Origin: Nannocystales bacterium
GTDB lineage: Bacteria > Myxococcota_A > Polyangia > Nannocystales > Nannocystaceae
Length of the DNA stretch: 64,000 nt
Assembly (NCBI GenBank): GCA_050633305.1
Contig: JBOEGF010000011.1
Coordinates: forward strand, 235,946-299,945
Reading direction: 5' to 3'
Shown here: positions 28,529 through 38,485 of the stretch, piece by piece
Layout: each line of letters begins with the position of its first letter
How positions within the stretch are numbered: the stretch's first letter is position 1
Notes under the pieces: model-generated
Databases searched by the model: none
The model's input: only the letters and a program-made list of their open reading frames with translations
What the model was told of the DNA's origin: nothing
Position numbers and translations under genes: made by a program

Positions 28529-29419
28529 TTGGCTGGAGGAGTTCGGCACGAAGTCCGCGCGTTCGCGGTCGCGCTGCTTGCCACTGGGTGGTTGGGCGGC
28601 TGCGGCGGTTCTTCGGAGTCCGGCGCGGCCTCGGCGGCCTATTCGGTTTCGCTGTCCGAGCTGCGAACCCGGGCGGCGGGTGGGCGGAGCGACCGGGCGT
28701 GGCAGCGACAAACGGTCGAGGACGCGCTCGAAGGCGCCACCATGTTTCGCGTGGACGACGGAGCTGGGTCGATCGCGGCGCATGCCGAAATCACCGAACG
28801 ACGCGACGCCGAGGGGATCGTCCTTCGGCTACAGCTGAGCATGGAGGTTCCGCCAGACCTTGGCGCCGTTGTTGAAGAGCTGGGCGCGACGGTCGAGGTG
28901 TCGCGGGCCCAAGGCGATTCCGCGATCCGCGAAGACCTCCCGCTGGCCGCCGAACGGGCGGCCGCTGTGCTCGACGCGAAGGTCGAACTCGCGCGTACCC
29001 CGCAAAGTGCAGCCCAGTTTCTGCGCGACCCCGATGCTGAGATTGCGCTTGTTGCGCTCGATTGGGTCGAAGCCCAGCGCGACCTCGCAGCGGCATCGGC
29101 AGTCGCCGACATGCTTCACCATCCCGACGACCGCGTGATGCTCAGGGCGGTCGAGGTCTTGGGACAGATTGGAGCCGCGGCCGAAGTTCCGGCGCTTATC
29201 GCGGCTGCCCGGCTCAACGATCGCGCCCACACGGGGAGACTGTACGAGGCTCTGGCCGTCCTCGGTGGCCCGGACGCGGAGGGGTTTCTTTCGTTCGCCG
29301 CTCGCAACGAGGACGACCCCGCGCTGGCCCAACTTGCGGAGCGTGCCCTCGACGTGGCACAGCACAGCGTGCCGCGGGTCGAAGCGCCTCCGGTCACGGC
29401 CCGACGCGGTCATCGCTGA
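28529..29419 (+). CDS. HEAT-repeat lipoprotein
   Basis: Lipobox LGGC; HPDDRVMLRAVEVLGQIG, LYEALAVLGG; start uncertain. Confidence 0.7.
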   Translation: MAGGVRHEVRAFAVALLATGWLGGCGGSSESGAASAAYSVSLSELRTRAAGGRSDRAWQRQTVEDALEGATMFRVDDGAGSIAAHAEITERRDAEGIVLRLQLSMEVPPDLGAVVEELGATVEVSRAQGDSAIREDLPLAAERAAAVLDAKVELARTPQSAAQFLRDPDAEIALVALDWVEAQRDLAAASAVADMLHHPDDRVMLRAVEVLGQIGAAAEVPALIAAARLNDRAHTGRLYEALAVLGGPDAEGFLSFAARNEDDPALAQLAERALDVAQHSVPRVEAPPVTARRGHR

Positions 29420-29428
29420 GCTCTGCCC

Positions 29429-30217
29429 ATGTCGTTTCTGCTCCTCGTCGTGCTCGCGCCTGCCGCTGCCCCGCCGCCTGCTCCCGCGGCGGAGACGGAC
29501 TCGCGGGCCATGCTCGCGCCGGGCGAGGTCTCTGCGCCTGCACCCCATGCTGCCGAGACGAACGTGAGTCCGGCGGCGACGGTTTCGGCGGGGGGCGAAG
29601 CGGCGACCGCCGAGAAGGTCGAGGAGGCGCCACGCGTCCCGTCTGTGGAGAAGGAGGCGCCTCTACCCGATGCTCCTGTCGGCGTGGCCGCCTCTGAACT
29701 CGAGACCCATGCGTGGCGCGGGCAGGGGTTCTTTCAGATCCACATTGCGGCCATGGTTCCGGTCGCTGGAGCACGCCCCGCGCGGGGTACGATCGCGTCC
29801 GCCGGTGGGGGGGTGCAGCTCGGTTGGCGCGCGCGGCCGGTTCTCGCCGCCGGGGTCGGACTGACGACCTTCCTGCACGACACTGGGGAGAGCCTCGCTG
29901 TCGACAGCACGGGCGAGACCGTCGAGGTCCAGGACTTCGGTCGACTGAGCCTGTTCGATCCGTTTGTGCGGTTCTTCGTTCCCAGGCGCGGGCGGGTGGA
30001 ACCCCGGTTTGATGTTGGTGTTCTGCTCGGAGCCTACCGGGCGCCGTTCTCCGAGTCGCCCGACTTCGCGGCCGGCGCTCGGCTCGGTGCTGGCATCGAC
30101 GTGTGGGTCGGACCCGCATTCTCCCTCGACTTCGGCGTCGATCCCCGGATCCTCGTCATCGACGGCGCTGCGGGAGTCACGCTGCAGGCCGGCATGGGCG
30201 CGACCGTCCACTGGTAG
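29429..30217 (+). CDS. Probable small outer-membrane beta-barrel protein with low-complexity N-terminus
   Basis: Pro/Ala-rich N-terminus, alternating amphipathic strands, C-terminal aromatic W. Confidence 0.55.
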   Translation: MSFLLLVVLAPAAAPPPAPAAETDSRAMLAPGEVSAPAPHAAETNVSPAATVSAGGEAATAEKVEEAPRVPSVEKEAPLPDAPVGVAASELETHAWRGQGFFQIHIAAMVPVAGARPARGTIASAGGGVQLGWRARPVLAAGVGLTTFLHDTGESLAVDSTGETVEVQDFGRLSLFDPFVRFFVPRRGRVEPRFDVGVLLGAYRAPFSESPDFAAGARLGAGIDVWVGPAFSLDFGVDPRILVIDGAAGVTLQAGMGATVHW

Positions 30218-30322
30218 CCTTTCTGCGCTCGCTGCGCGCCGTTCGACGCTCCGAGGCGCGCCAACGCGCATGACGGGGCCTCGGTCCGGCTCGGAGCCTT
30301 TGAAGGAACCTTTCCTCCACGA

Positions 30323-33300
30323 GTGGCAACATTATGGGCGTTGCGCCAACCGGAGAGACATCGACTCGAACTCGTCGTTGAGAGCGCCAACGATGTTGCC
30401 GCTCCGGCGGGGTACGCGCTGCTCGACTCGCTCGGTGGTGGTTCGGAAGGTGGAGCGTGGCGAGCGCGAGACGTCTCCGACGGGACGCGGGTCGTTGCAA
30501 AACCCGTCGATGCGGAGGCGGAGCGATCGGTTCGCCGCGCGTTCGAAACCCTCCGACGAGCGGCCTCACCACATCTCCCGGTCCCACGCGCGCTCGCGAC
30601 CGCAAGCGATGGCACGGTCTGGTTGATCAGCGAGTGGGTCCCCGGCGACGCGTTGTCCCCCGGCCCCGGTCCTCTCGTCAGCGCCCTGCAAGACGTCGCA
30701 GCCGTGGCGCGAGCGCTGAACGCACTTCACGAGTTGGGCACGCATCATGGAGATGTCGCCCCGGCGAACGTGGTGGTCGACGGGGAACGTTGCACGCTCA
30801 TCGACTTGGCGCAGCTCGGGCGAATGGGCACCGGGACGCCAGGGTTCCTCGCTCCCGAAGTGCTCGCCGGCGGCGGCGGACCGGCGGCAGACCGATTCAG
30901 TCTGGGCGCGTTGTTGGTTTGGCGACTGGTCGGGGAGGTTCCGTGGGCTCGGCCTGAGGCGTTGCTCGCCGTTCGTGGTCGGGCGGACGTGGTCCGGCGG
31001 CTCGGGGAGCTCGGACTCTCCGAGCTCCCCGCGGCAGTCCACGCGTTGATCGTGCGTCTGCTCTTGCCCGAGCCTCAGGCTCGACCAGCGTCGACCCGGG
31101 AGGTGGCCCGACAGCTCGCCGACATCATCTCGGCTCCAGACGATGTCGTCGCAGGCGGTTTGCGGTGGTGGCCACCTTTGCGGTGGCCCTACGTTGGCGT
31201 CGCGATCGAACCCGCAGCTCGTGCGCTGAGCGAGGGGACCGCACGCCTGGTCGTCGTCGCGGGTCCTACGGGCGCGGGCCGTGACCGGGTGGTCGAGGAG
31301 CTGACCCTACGGGTCCAGGCGCTTGGCACCGCCGCGCTCCGGCACGACGCGGAGACTTGGGCGCGCGGACAGGGCTCCACGGTGGGATCCTGGCTCGAGG
31401 CCTGGGTCGGAGACCCCTGCGACACGGTCGCGGGCCTGATGATGGACCCGCTGCGTGAGTCGGACGTGACGCGGGTCCGTGCAGCGAGTGGACTCGCGAC
31501 AGGACGGATCATCGTTCCTGCAACGTCCGAGGCGGGACAGGGCCTGGAGGGCACCGAGGGGGTCACGGTGCTGTGGCCGCGTCCGGTTTCTGAAGCCGAA
31601 GCACGGACCTTGGTCTCGGCGGGCGTCGAAGGGGACGCCGCGGAGGTCGAGGCGGTTGCCGCCCTGCTGCGAGATGCGACCGGCGGTTGGCCCGCGGCGA
31701 TCGTTCGCACTGCAGCGGCATGCGCAAGACTCGGTGCAGGGGTCGGGGACGTTCGCCGGATTGCGGGGTCGAGCCACGAGCCCAGCGACGAGATGGAAGC
31801 CAGCACCGCGTTGTCGATCCTGCACGCGGCTTGGACCGAGCCCGACCTGTCTCTACCCGACACTCTGGCCCCGAACGGGCGGCCGCACGCGGTCGCATGT
31901 TCGGTTGCCCGGGCCTCGCTCGGGCCCGTACGCGTCAAGGCCGAGGCGCGGGCTTGCGAGGGACACACGCTCGCCTGGGCGACCGATGCTCACGACGACG
32001 TGGCCCTGGAGGGGCAGCTCCGGCACGCCGCGCCTGGGTTGGCCGAAGTTGCGCGAGCGGTGCGGTCGATCGAGCGGCGCGACACACCGCCCTCGATCCT
32101 CGCCCTTGCGGCGTCGCGCCGACTTGCCGAGGGGGACGCAGCGTCAGCAGAGCTGCTCGCGCAGCGCGGGGGGACGCACGGCGCATGCGTGTTTGCTCGC
32201 GCCCGCGCACTTCAGCGACTGGGGCGACTTGACGAGGCGTGGGCGCTGCTCGAACCCACCTCCGAGGACACCGAAGACCTCCGCTGGGCCAAGCAGGGGT
32301 TGCGCTGGCGGGTGGCCGTGGATCGGGGCGAAGCAGCATCGGCGCAACACGAAGCGGAGACGCTCGGTCTGGATGCAGTCTCCCTCGAGGGCTCTGGCGC
32401 ACTCGGCGTTGCCACGGCGTTGCTGTGGGCCGCGTACGCCTGCGCTCTGACGGGGGATGTCGCGACTGCGGGTGTTCGTCTGGAGCGCGCGGCCACGTGG
32501 GCGCGCGCGCAGCCGGGGACCGAAGCGTCGGCTCTGGCGGCTCGGGTACTCCAGCTTCAAGGAAACCTTGCGCACGGGAGCGGAATGTTGGACGCGGCCG
32601 CCGGCGCATTCTCGCGGGCAGCCGATGCGTTTGAGCGTGCAGGGGAGCCGGTCGGGAGCCTGACCCTCAAGGGCACGTCGTGTGCACTCGCGATCTTGAC
32701 GCTCGATGTTCAGGCGGGCATCGAACAGGGGCGTGCGGCCTTGCGGGGACTGCTTGCGCACGGTCAGACAAGCGCTCTGGTGGAGGCCGCGCTCAACTTG
32801 GTGCAGTTGCTGACCCGCGTGGGCGCGGCCGACGAAGCTCGTGCGATTGGGGCGGCCGTCGAGGCGGCGGTTGGGAAGGAGGGCGTGCCTCTCGTCCTGG
32901 CGCGACGAGCCCGTCTGCGGGCCGAAGTCGCTGCTGCACAGATGGGTCTCCGGCCTTCGTCGGCGCAAGCGCAACGCGTTGCGGCAGCCCTCGGAGGTGC
33001 CGCCGCCGAACTCGAGCGTGCGGACCGCCCGGACGAGGCGCGGGATGCTTGGTTGCGGGCCAGTGTGCTGCTGGCGGCCTCCGGGCGCCCCGATGCAGCC
33101 ACGAGGGTGCTCGATCGAGCACTCGCGCTCCGCTCGGACGACGACGCTGCCGGGCAGGCTCAGGCGGGGGCGAGCGCGGTTCTCGTTGCAGGGCGCGCCG
33201 CGGACCCCAGCTTGCTTGAACTCGGTCTCACGCTCATGCATCGCGCCGGGACCGTCTCGAGTTTTCGATCCGCGCAGCGATTCGATGTCGCCATCTTGTT

Positions 33301-35095
33301 CGACCGGGCGTTGCTGGTCGCGCTTCGAATGCGGCACCAACCGTCTTCTTTCCGGCACGCCGTGGCGCGCCGGCTGTCTTCAACCGTGGAACTCGTCATG
33401 CAAAAGACCCGTCCCAGCGACCGTCCTTCCGTCCGCTCTTCTCTGCTCACCGAGGGGGGCGACGCTCAAGCGCTCCGCGAGCTGCTCGAGGACCTTGAAC
33501 CTGCCGAGAGCACGGCGCCACCGGTCGCGTCCGAGTCGCCGGCGGTGCCCGGCGACGATCGGTACGCGCGGCTGTTGAGGATGTACCGACGATTTGCCCG
33601 AGAGGAGCGGCTCGAGCCACTTCTGGAGCAGGTGGTCGACGCTGTGATGGAGTTGACGGATGCCGAGCGTGGGGCTGTTGTGGTGCGAAGGGCAGGGCAA
33701 GAGGACCTGTCCGTCACGCGTGAACTGAGCGAAGGCTCGGAGGGTGCGTCGTACTCCCGCTCCGTGATCGCTCGGGTCCTGGACTCGGGCGAGCCGGTCC
33801 TCAGTGTGGACGCCGCCGCCGACGAGCGCTTCGACGACTCTCGCAGCATCAGCCACCTCAACCTGCGGTCGGTGCTCGCGGTTCCGCTCCGATTCCGCGG
33901 GGAACTCTTGGGAGCCGCCTATGTCGACCATCGCCTACGCCGGGGGAACTTCGGCGAGGACGACCTCGCACACATGGAGGCGTTTTCGGACCTTGCGGCG
34001 CTCGCAGTCGCCCACGCAGCCGCGCTGGCGGATCTCGAGGAGAAAACCGAGGCGCTGACCCTGTCCTCCGAGCAGCTGGGTGCGCTGTTGGAGCAGCGTG
34101 AGGCCGAGGTCCTGGCGCTTCGAGAGGACGCCCGAAGACAGAGTCCGCCGTCCGACGGGTACCGCGGGATCATCGGCAGCGCCCCGCGGATGCAGGATGT
34201 CTTTCGGTTGATCGAGCGGGTGGCCGATGCGGACGTGCCGGTCGTCGTGTACGGCGAGAGCGGGACCGGCAAGGAGTTGGTCGCACGGGCGCTGCACGAT
34301 GCTGGCGGTCGCGCCACGGGACCGTTCATCGCCGAGAACTGCGGGGCCATCCCGGAGACGCTCCTGGAGAGCGTGTTGTTCGGGCACGCGCGCGGGGCGT
34401 TCACCGGAGCGCAGAAGGCCAAGCCGGGGCTGTTCGAGGCTGCCGACGGCGGCACCATCTTCCTCGACGAGGTCTCCGAAATGAGCATGGGCATGCAGAC
34501 GAAGCTGCTCCGGGTGCTGCAGGAAGGGGAGGTCCGCCGGGTTGGAGAGACCAGCCCTCGCTCGGTCAACGTTCGCCTTCTCGCCGCCAGCAACCGGGAC
34601 CTCGAGGCCATGGTCGATACGGGGACTTTCCGGCGCGACCTCTTCTACCGGGTGAACGTCGTGCGGGTGAATCTTCCTGCGCTGCGGGAACGACCCGAAG
34701 ACATCCTTCCGCTCATCGAGCACTTCTTCGCTCGACACAACGCGACCCCATTGCGTCTTGCCCCTTCGGTCGTCCGGGCGCTTCAAGGCTACGCATGGCC
34801 GGGCAACGTGCGGCAGCTGGAGAACGAGGTCCAGCGCTGGATTGCGCTGTGCGAGGGAGCGGTCGCTCTTCAGGACCTCTCCGCGGCGATCGTCGGCGCG
34901 GCGGAACCCGAGGGAATCGACCCTGACGATCTCCGAATCCGACCCAGGGTGGAGCGGATGGAGCGAGACCTCATCGCTCGGGCTTTGCAGCGGACTGGCA
35001 ACAACCAGACCAAAGCTGCCCAGCTGCTCGGCCTGAGCCGCTATGGCCTACAGAAGAAGCTCAAGCGGCTCGAGCTCGACGGACACCGAAGTTGA
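30323..35095 (+). CDS. Ser/Thr kinase - helical region - GAF - sigma-54 AAA+ - Fis HTH transcriptional activator
   Basis: Kinase motifs HGDVAPAN, GTPGFLAPE; GAF SVLAVPL; GESGTGKE, NCGAIPETLLESVLFG, GAFTGA, FLDE, FRRDLFYR, WPGNVRQLEN; GNNQTKAAQLLGLSR. Confidence 0.92.
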   Translation: MATLWALRQPERHRLELVVESANDVAAPAGYALLDSLGGGSEGGAWRARDVSDGTRVVAKPVDAEAERSVRRAFETLRRAASPHLPVPRALATASDGTVWLISEWVPGDALSPGPGPLVSALQDVAAVARALNALHELGTHHGDVAPANVVVDGERCTLIDLAQLGRMGTGTPGFLAPEVLAGGGGPAADRFSLGALLVWRLVGEVPWARPEALLAVRGRADVVRRLGELGLSELPAAVHALIVRLLLPEPQARPASTREVARQLADIISAPDDVVAGGLRWWPPLRWPYVGVAIEPAARALSEGTARLVVVAGPTGAGRDRVVEELTLRVQALGTAALRHDAETWARGQGSTVGSWLEAWVGDPCDTVAGLMMDPLRESDVTRVRAASGLATGRIIVPATSEAGQGLEGTEGVTVLWPRPVSEAEARTLVSAGVEGDAAEVEAVAALLRDATGGWPAAIVRTAAACARLGAGVGDVRRIAGSSHEPSDEMEASTALSILHAAWTEPDLSLPDTLAPNGRPHAVACSVARASLGPVRVKAEARACEGHTLAWATDAHDDVALEGQLRHAAPGLAEVARAVRSIERRDTPPSILALAASRRLAEGDAASAELLAQRGGTHGACVFARARALQRLGRLDEAWALLEPTSEDTEDLRWAKQGLRWRVAVDRGEAASAQHEAETLGLDAVSLEGSGALGVATALLWAAYACALTGDVATAGVRLERAATWARAQPGTEASALAARVLQLQGNLAHGSGMLDAAAGAFSRAADAFERAGEPVGSLTLKGTSCALAILTLDVQAGIEQGRAALRGLLAHGQTSALVEAALNLVQLLTRVGAADEARAIGAAVEAAVGKEGVPLVLARRARLRAEVAAAQMGLRPSSAQAQRVAAALGGAAAELERADRPDEARDAWLRASVLLAASGRPDAATRVLDRALALRSDDDAAGQAQAGASAVLVAGRAADPSLLELGLTLMHRAGTVSSFRSAQRFDVAILFDRALLVALRMRHQPSSFRHAVARRLSSTVELVMQKTRPSDRPSVRSSLLTEGGDAQALRELLEDLEPAESTAPPVASESPAVPGDDRYARLLRMYRRFAREERLEPLLEQVVDAVMELTDAERGAVVVRRAGQEDLSVTRELSEGSEGASYSRSVIARVLDSGEPVLSVDAAADERFDDSRSISHLNLRSVLAVPLRFRGELLGAAYVDHRLRRGNFGEDDLAHMEAFSDLAALAVAHAAALADLEEKTEALTLSSEQLGALLEQREAEVLALREDARRQSPPSDGYRGIIGSAPRMQDVFRLIERVADADVPVVVYGESGTGKELVARALHDAGGRATGPFIAENCGAIPETLLESVLFGHARGAFTGAQKAKPGLFEAADGGTIFLDEVSEMSMGMQTKLLRVLQEGEVRRVGETSPRSVNVRLLAASNRDLEAMVDTGTFRRDLFYRVNVVRVNLPALRERPEDILPLIEHFFARHNATPLRLAPSVVRALQGYAWPGNVRQLENEVQRWIALCEGAVALQDLSAAIVGAAEPEGIDPDDLRIRPRVERMERDLIARALQRTGNNQTKAAQLLGLSRYGLQKKLKRLELDGHRS

Positions 35096-35213
35096 CGCTC
35101 CCCCGGGGCTCGATCGCCAACACTGTTGACGCGAGGGGCCGCGGAGGCGGCGTAGACGCCCAAGAACTCGTTCTCAGGAACGCGGTATGATGTTTGCTAT
35201 TACTGAGGGAGAG

Positions 35214-35630
35214 ATGAGTCGTTCGATCGCATCGCTGTTCGTTGTTTGCGTCCTCGCCGCCGCCTGCAACGATCCGGCGCCGGTCTCCGCCCACCGCAGT
35301 GCGGTCCTGATCGGGGATCGAGGCATCTCGATTCCGCTGCCGCCGCCAAGCGTGTTGCAGGCTCCTCAGCAGGAGGTCGAGGTCCACGGTGCTCTGGAGG
35401 GAGCCTTCGAAGAAGGTGCGGAAGTCCGCCTGGTCGACATCTCTGGTGGCGACGAGGCCTCGGTCTCCCCCGATGGTGTCGCGTTCACGGCGGTCCTCAA
35501 CCTCGACCTGACCGATGCGTGCGTCGAGACTTGGGTGGTCGACGCAGACGGTGTGGAGAGCGAGCGACGCTCGTACTCCACGCGGATCGAAGCCGATGAT
35601 TCGATCCTTGTCGAGCCCGGCTGCGACTAG
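35214..35630 (+). CDS. Small hypothetical lipoprotein
   Basis: GAGGGAGA RBS before ATG 35214; lipobox LAAAC. Confidence 0.7.
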   Translation: MSRSIASLFVVCVLAAACNDPAPVSAHRSAVLIGDRGISIPLPPPSVLQAPQQEVEVHGALEGAFEEGAEVRLVDISGGDEASVSPDGVAFTAVLNLDLTDACVETWVVDADGVESERRSYSTRIEADDSILVEPGCD

Positions 35631-35650
35631 AGCCCCCTCCCGCCGCAGAC

Positions 35651-35691
35651 GAAAAAAAGGCGCAGGCTCCGAGGAGACTGCGCCTTTTTCG
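35651..35691. terminator. Bidirectional intrinsic terminator
   Basis: GAAAAAAAGGCGCAG...CTGCGCCTTTTTCG between convergent genes. Confidence 0.88.
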
Positions 35692-35711
35692 AATCGCGGG
35701 CGATGCCGGGA

Positions 35712-36683
35712 TCAGTCGGTTCGCTTCGCCTTGAAGGGGAAGTAGAACCGTGCACCGAGCTGGAACGTGACGTTGTGGAAGACGTCGCGGTCGCTGCCGT
35801 TGACTCGAGGGGGCACGTCGTCGACCGTGGCGTTGAGGCCTGAGAGGTTCACTCCGGTCACGATGTCCTGGATCTCGAAGTTGATCGCGACCCAAGGGAC
35901 CCCGGCGAACAGGTTGAGACCACCACCGAAGCTACCGCCGACCTTGATGCCCGTGTCGGCTTCCACCGGGTGGAGCAGACATTCGGGGTTCTGAGCGCCG
36001 CCCAGGGAGGCATCGTTGCAGAACCCTTCCGCGCCGACATCCTCCGAGAGGCCGTTGAGGGTCGACGTGCTCTCGTTGTCGTAGTGCTTGGTGTAGTTCA
36101 CCAGGCCGAGACCGCCGAAAATATAGATGTCGTACTCGGTGAAGATCGACGAGAACAGACCGAGCTTCCCTGCGAACGGGGTGAAGACCGCGTCCGCAGA
36201 TGCTTGCCACTGGGCCCGAACGAGCCCTGCGCGGAAGTCGTTCAGCAGCGGGGCAGGGTTGTCGGAGTCGCCGTTCTCACGACAAGGAGCCGCGCCCAAG
36301 CACTCCGTCTCCGGGCGCATACCGAGACTGGGGTCGGTCTCGCCGGTGGCGTATCCGGTGGGTAGACCGCCGCCGTTGACGGCCTTGAGGAGCTTGGACT
36401 CCAAAGGCACGATCCCATAGCCGAACGTGCCGCGGACGCCGATCCAGTCGGCGAAGTGGAACGTGGCTTTGGCACCGACGTACCCCATGTGGACGAACGG
36501 CTGCGAGAGCGACATGCCGACGTACGGGGTGAGCTGGAAGCGGAACTTCCGAAGCTGGATTTTCTTGCGAACGATGGGCTCACCCTCGAGCGGGCCCTTC
36601 TTCTTCGCTGCGGAAGCTTCGTTGGCGTACAGACCTGCGCCAAGGAAAACAGCCAGGAACGTTGCGATTTTGCGAGTGTTCAT
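35712..36683 (-). CDS. Myxobacterial outer-membrane beta-barrel protein (GltA/GltB/GltH-like)
   Basis: Signal peptide; VRKKIQLRKFRFQLTPYVGMSLSQPF, FTPFAGKLGLF, terminal GARFYFP. Confidence 0.78.
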   Translation of the reverse strand: MNTRKIATFLAVFLGAGLYANEASAAKKKGPLEGEPIVRKKIQLRKFRFQLTPYVGMSLSQPFVHMGYVGAKATFHFADWIGVRGTFGYGIVPLESKLLKAVNGGGLPTGYATGETDPSLGMRPETECLGAAPCRENGDSDNPAPLLNDFRAGLVRAQWQASADAVFTPFAGKLGLFSSIFTEYDIYIFGGLGLVNYTKHYDNESTSTLNGLSEDVGAEGFCNDASLGGAQNPECLLHPVEADTGIKVGGSFGGGLNLFAGVPWVAINFEIQDIVTGVNLSGLNATVDDVPPRVNGSDRDVFHNVTFQLGARFYFPFKAKRTD

Positions 36684-36704
36684 GTCGGTCCTCTTCGGTT
36701 CGGC

Positions 36705-37763
36705 CTACCGGGGAGTCGTGTACTCGAAGCTGGTTGGGAGGAAGAAGCTGACGCCCAGGAAGAACGTCACGTTGAACGCAAGCTGGAAGTCGGAAGCGTC
36801 CTTGGCGGCCTTGGGGTCGACCAGCGATGGGTCGTCGCCTCGTCCACTCGACGCGAACACATCGGTCTCCGGGCCGCGGTTGATGGGCTCGAGCTTGTCT
36901 GCGTAGACCCAGCTGCGGACGCCGAAGTTGAACGAAACCCAGTCGATCTTGGGGGTGTAGAACCGACCGACCAGGCCGAAGTGTCCACCACCGGTGACCG
37001 TACTGAAAGGCTCGTGCAGGGCTTCGAACCGCGGGATGACCTGCGTCTGCAAGGCACCACCACCGACGACCAAGCCGCCCTCCCAGTGGAGCAGGGCGCG
37101 GTTGAAGATGGCGATCTTCCCGTAGAACGGGTTGTACGTGAAGTTGACGCTGCCCTGCCAAAGCGTACGGTTGGCGGTCAGCAGCAGGCCCTCTTGCACC
37201 TTGATGTTGTCGTACCGCGGGGTACGAGCTCCGATGAGCCCGGTTCCCGTCAGACCGATCGCCATCCGGTTGTTGAGCCAGTAGTTGAAGTCGAGCCCGA
37301 TCGTGTAGTGACGAACGTACGGGTCGTTGACCGTGATCCCGAACTGAGGCATCAGCTCGAAGCGCTTCTTCTTGAGCATGCGCTGTCGCTGAACGACCGT
37401 GATGAGGCCGCGTTCGGCGTCGATCTGGTCTTCCTCGGTGCCGAGTTCGTCCGCGGTCGACTCCGGCGTAGCGCCATCGTCGACGCTTCCGTCGTCGTCA
37501 TCGTCGAGATCGAGGTCTACGACTCCGGCGTCACCGCCATCGCCGGCGTCACCTTCGGGCGGGGGCTCTTCTTCGCCCTCGTCGATGATGACCAGGTCTT
37601 CTTCATCGTCCCCCGCAGGTTCAGCGTCAGCTGGCTGGGCGAGGACCTGGGTGGTCCACGAAGCGCTGCCTGCACTGAGAGGGGCTGCCAGCGCGGACGC
37701 GGGCAGCGTGATGGAAAGAAGGGGGACGAGGGCCATGGAGGCCCCGGACAAGTTGCGACGCAT
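36705..37763 (-). CDS. Myxobacterial outer-membrane beta-barrel protein (GltA/GltB/GltH-like) with acidic N-terminus
   Basis: GAGGTGAG RBS before ATG 37763; VVQRQRMLKKKRFELMPQFGITVNDPY, YNPFYGKIAIF, GVSFFLP. Confidence 0.8.
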   Translation of the reverse strand: MRRNLSGASMALVPLLSITLPASALAAPLSAGSASWTTQVLAQPADAEPAGDDEEDLVIIDEGEEEPPPEGDAGDGGDAGVVDLDLDDDDDGSVDDGATPESTADELGTEEDQIDAERGLITVVQRQRMLKKKRFELMPQFGITVNDPYVRHYTIGLDFNYWLNNRMAIGLTGTGLIGARTPRYDNIKVQEGLLLTANRTLWQGSVNFTYNPFYGKIAIFNRALLHWEGGLVVGGGALQTQVIPRFEALHEPFSTVTGGGHFGLVGRFYTPKIDWVSFNFGVRSWVYADKLEPINRGPETDVFASSGRGDDPSLVDPKAAKDASDFQLAFNVTFFLGVSFFLPTSFEYTTPR

Positions 37764-38485
37764 GCTGCTCACCTCAACGTGTCGACTGCGGAGTGGAGAT
37801 CCGCGTTGGCCCGGCGCGGACGCCGAGCTGACTGCGACGCGCAAATACGCGTCGAGGAGGATGCCGCTGGGCCGAGAATGGGCCGGTTGGCGGTCGTAGA
37901 CTTCGAGCTCGTAAGCTTCAAGGAAAGGGTCACCCAAGTAGAGGTCGTGAGGAGTTCGTGCCGCCCGGCCGGAGGAACCAGTGGGCGCTGCGGCCGCACG
38001 GTATCACCGAATGTGCCGCGTGTGGCACCCCCCATGACAGGGCATCGGAGGGGGTCACGGGCCAAGCCGCGGGCGGACGTCGGCACAACGTCGTATGCGC
38101 AGCTTCGCGCATCGCCATGCTTACTGGAAGCGGCGCGACGAGCGGTCGAGGTCCGGGGGGACGTGGGACGCGAACTCATGCTGAAATAAGCCCCGAGGTA
38201 GGACACTGGGGCAATTGGGCGGGGGGACCGTAACACAGCGCTTTTTCGGTCACAACAGGACAATTCGGGGACTTCTGGGGACAATGGAGAGTTTTCCTGA
38301 GCGGCGCTTCGAGGCGCGATCATGCGCGGCAATGTGCTGTGATTGTCGGGGCTTGCCAGCGACGCGCCCGGTGCTAAGCGGGCCGCGCGTCCGGCCCGAT
38401 CGGGGCTGGGCATCGGGCGCGCTCTGTCTGGCACGTGAAACGCGGGCCGAGGTTCCGACGGATCCCATCGCTTCGGAAAAGCGCC

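Noticed and set aside
38427..38443. TCTGGCACGTGAAACG(C): 12/16 match to parS TGTTTCACGTGAAACA and also a GG-N10-GC sigma-54-like pattern
   Set aside because: Left arm is not palindromic and the site is single; as a promoter it lacks TT before GC and points antisense into ftsY
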